From Octopus vulgaris (Eukaryota): DNA of 64,000 nt. A program made the position numbers and the translations under genes. The stretch covers positions 33,666,001-33,730,000 of the forward strand of contig OX597820.1 in the NCBI GenBank assembly GCA_951406725.2, read 5' to 3'. Below the pieces are notes generated by a model. That model worked only from the letters and a program-made list of their open reading frames with translations, was not told the origin of the DNA and did no database searches. Below, in pieces: positions 63,014-64,000 of the stretch (within the stretch, counting starts at the first letter, position 1; each line of letters begins with the position of its first letter).

Positions 63014-64000
63014 TTATTGCAAAGCTTCATGATAAACAACATTTTTGGTCTTCCCATTCGGGGTCAGTACAAACAGCTTATTTCCATTTCTAACCCTTGA
63101 ACAACCAGCATAGAGCTGGCCGTGAGAAAAGCAGAGTTCTATCAGATGAAGCCCTGTTACTGTTAATGATTGTCCTTGGGACTTATTGACTGACATTGCA
63201 TAGCCCACTCTCACTGGAAACTGAAGTCTTTTGAGCTCAAAACGAAGATCTGGAGAAATTAAGGGGATTCTTGGAATTAAATCTCTTTCCTCTTTTCTTA
63301 GACCAGTAAGGATCTCTACTTCCAAGAGATGACGAAGCATCTTCTTGACAATTAACCTTGTTCTGTTACAAAACTTTGGAGAATCCAGATTTCTTAATGA
63401 CATAACTGGTACATTTTCTTTTAGTTCCAGGTTGTGTGATGGCATTCCAGTAGGATTCAATGAGTTCAGGAACTCTGTTGATAATTCACTGCGTGCTCTT
63501 GTTCAGCCACAGTGTCAATGAAAATGTACTTCATGCTTTCTTTTGGAATTTCTTGGAGAGGTTTCCAGTTGATGCTATCCACAGTTTTATTCTTCATAGC
63601 TAATATGGCCGAATCCAAAAAATGATGTTTAATGTTTGGATAAACATGGTTAATCAAGTCTTGTCTACTTGAGATTGAAACTTGAGATTTGGGAGTGAAA
63701 TATCTCCATTTTGGTCCATCTTGATGGTTCCATTGCCAAGTTGCAACAACAAAGCAGCAAATCTTCATGTTTCAAGGTTACCCGTGATTCTAGCTTTCAT
63801 GTTTGTTTTCAGGCTGAGTGTTTGAACATTCTCCAGATGTAAGAATTATTCAGGCAAGCATTGGTTTCATCAACTGGAGTTCCTCTTGCAAAGACTTGTA
63901 ATGTTTGTCTAAGATCACCAGAGAATAGCATAGTGATACCTCCCATGATTTGTGAATTTTGTCTAATATCTTGGAGTATTTTGTCCAGAGTCTCAAATGC
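63014..64000 (-). pseudogene. Helitron RepHel PIF1-type helicase C-terminal part, decayed; runs off the window edge
   Basis: GGITMLFSGDLRQTL, SAILAMKNKTVDSIN, GMPSHNLELKENVPVMSLRNL, RLQFPVRVGYAMSVNKSQGQSL, FSHGQLYAGCSRV, TKNVVYHEAL. Confidence 0.93.

Overview
AT-rich, microsatellite-saturated animal genomic DNA. The SINE families and repeat landscape resemble a coleoid cephalopod (Octopus-like); this is inference. I cannot support any intact host gene, and most track ORFs are translated microsatellites. The window is a graveyard of mobile elements. DNA transposons: Tigger/pogo, three Tc1/mariner copies, and a Helitron helicase remnant with non-autonomous Helitrons. Retroelements: RTE, R4/Dong-like and Tx1/L1 LINE fragments, several Penelope-like element (PLE) fragments, two solo-LTR candidates, and three tRNA-SINE families. 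The main signal is about 15 type-I hammerhead-ribozyme (HHR) motifs of many different sequences. Most lie about 35-170 nt upstream of a (TA)n-type tract and point into it, several as convergent pairs. Some carry the compensatory U3:A8 core, and one is physically linked to a PLE GIY-YIG domain with an inverted terminal repeat. This suggests a diverse, (TA)n-targeting, ribozyme-bearing PLE/retrozyme-like system. A second theme is abundant fold-back palindromes from 22 bp to about 1.7 kb. All structures were read by eye and boundaries of decayed elements are approximate.
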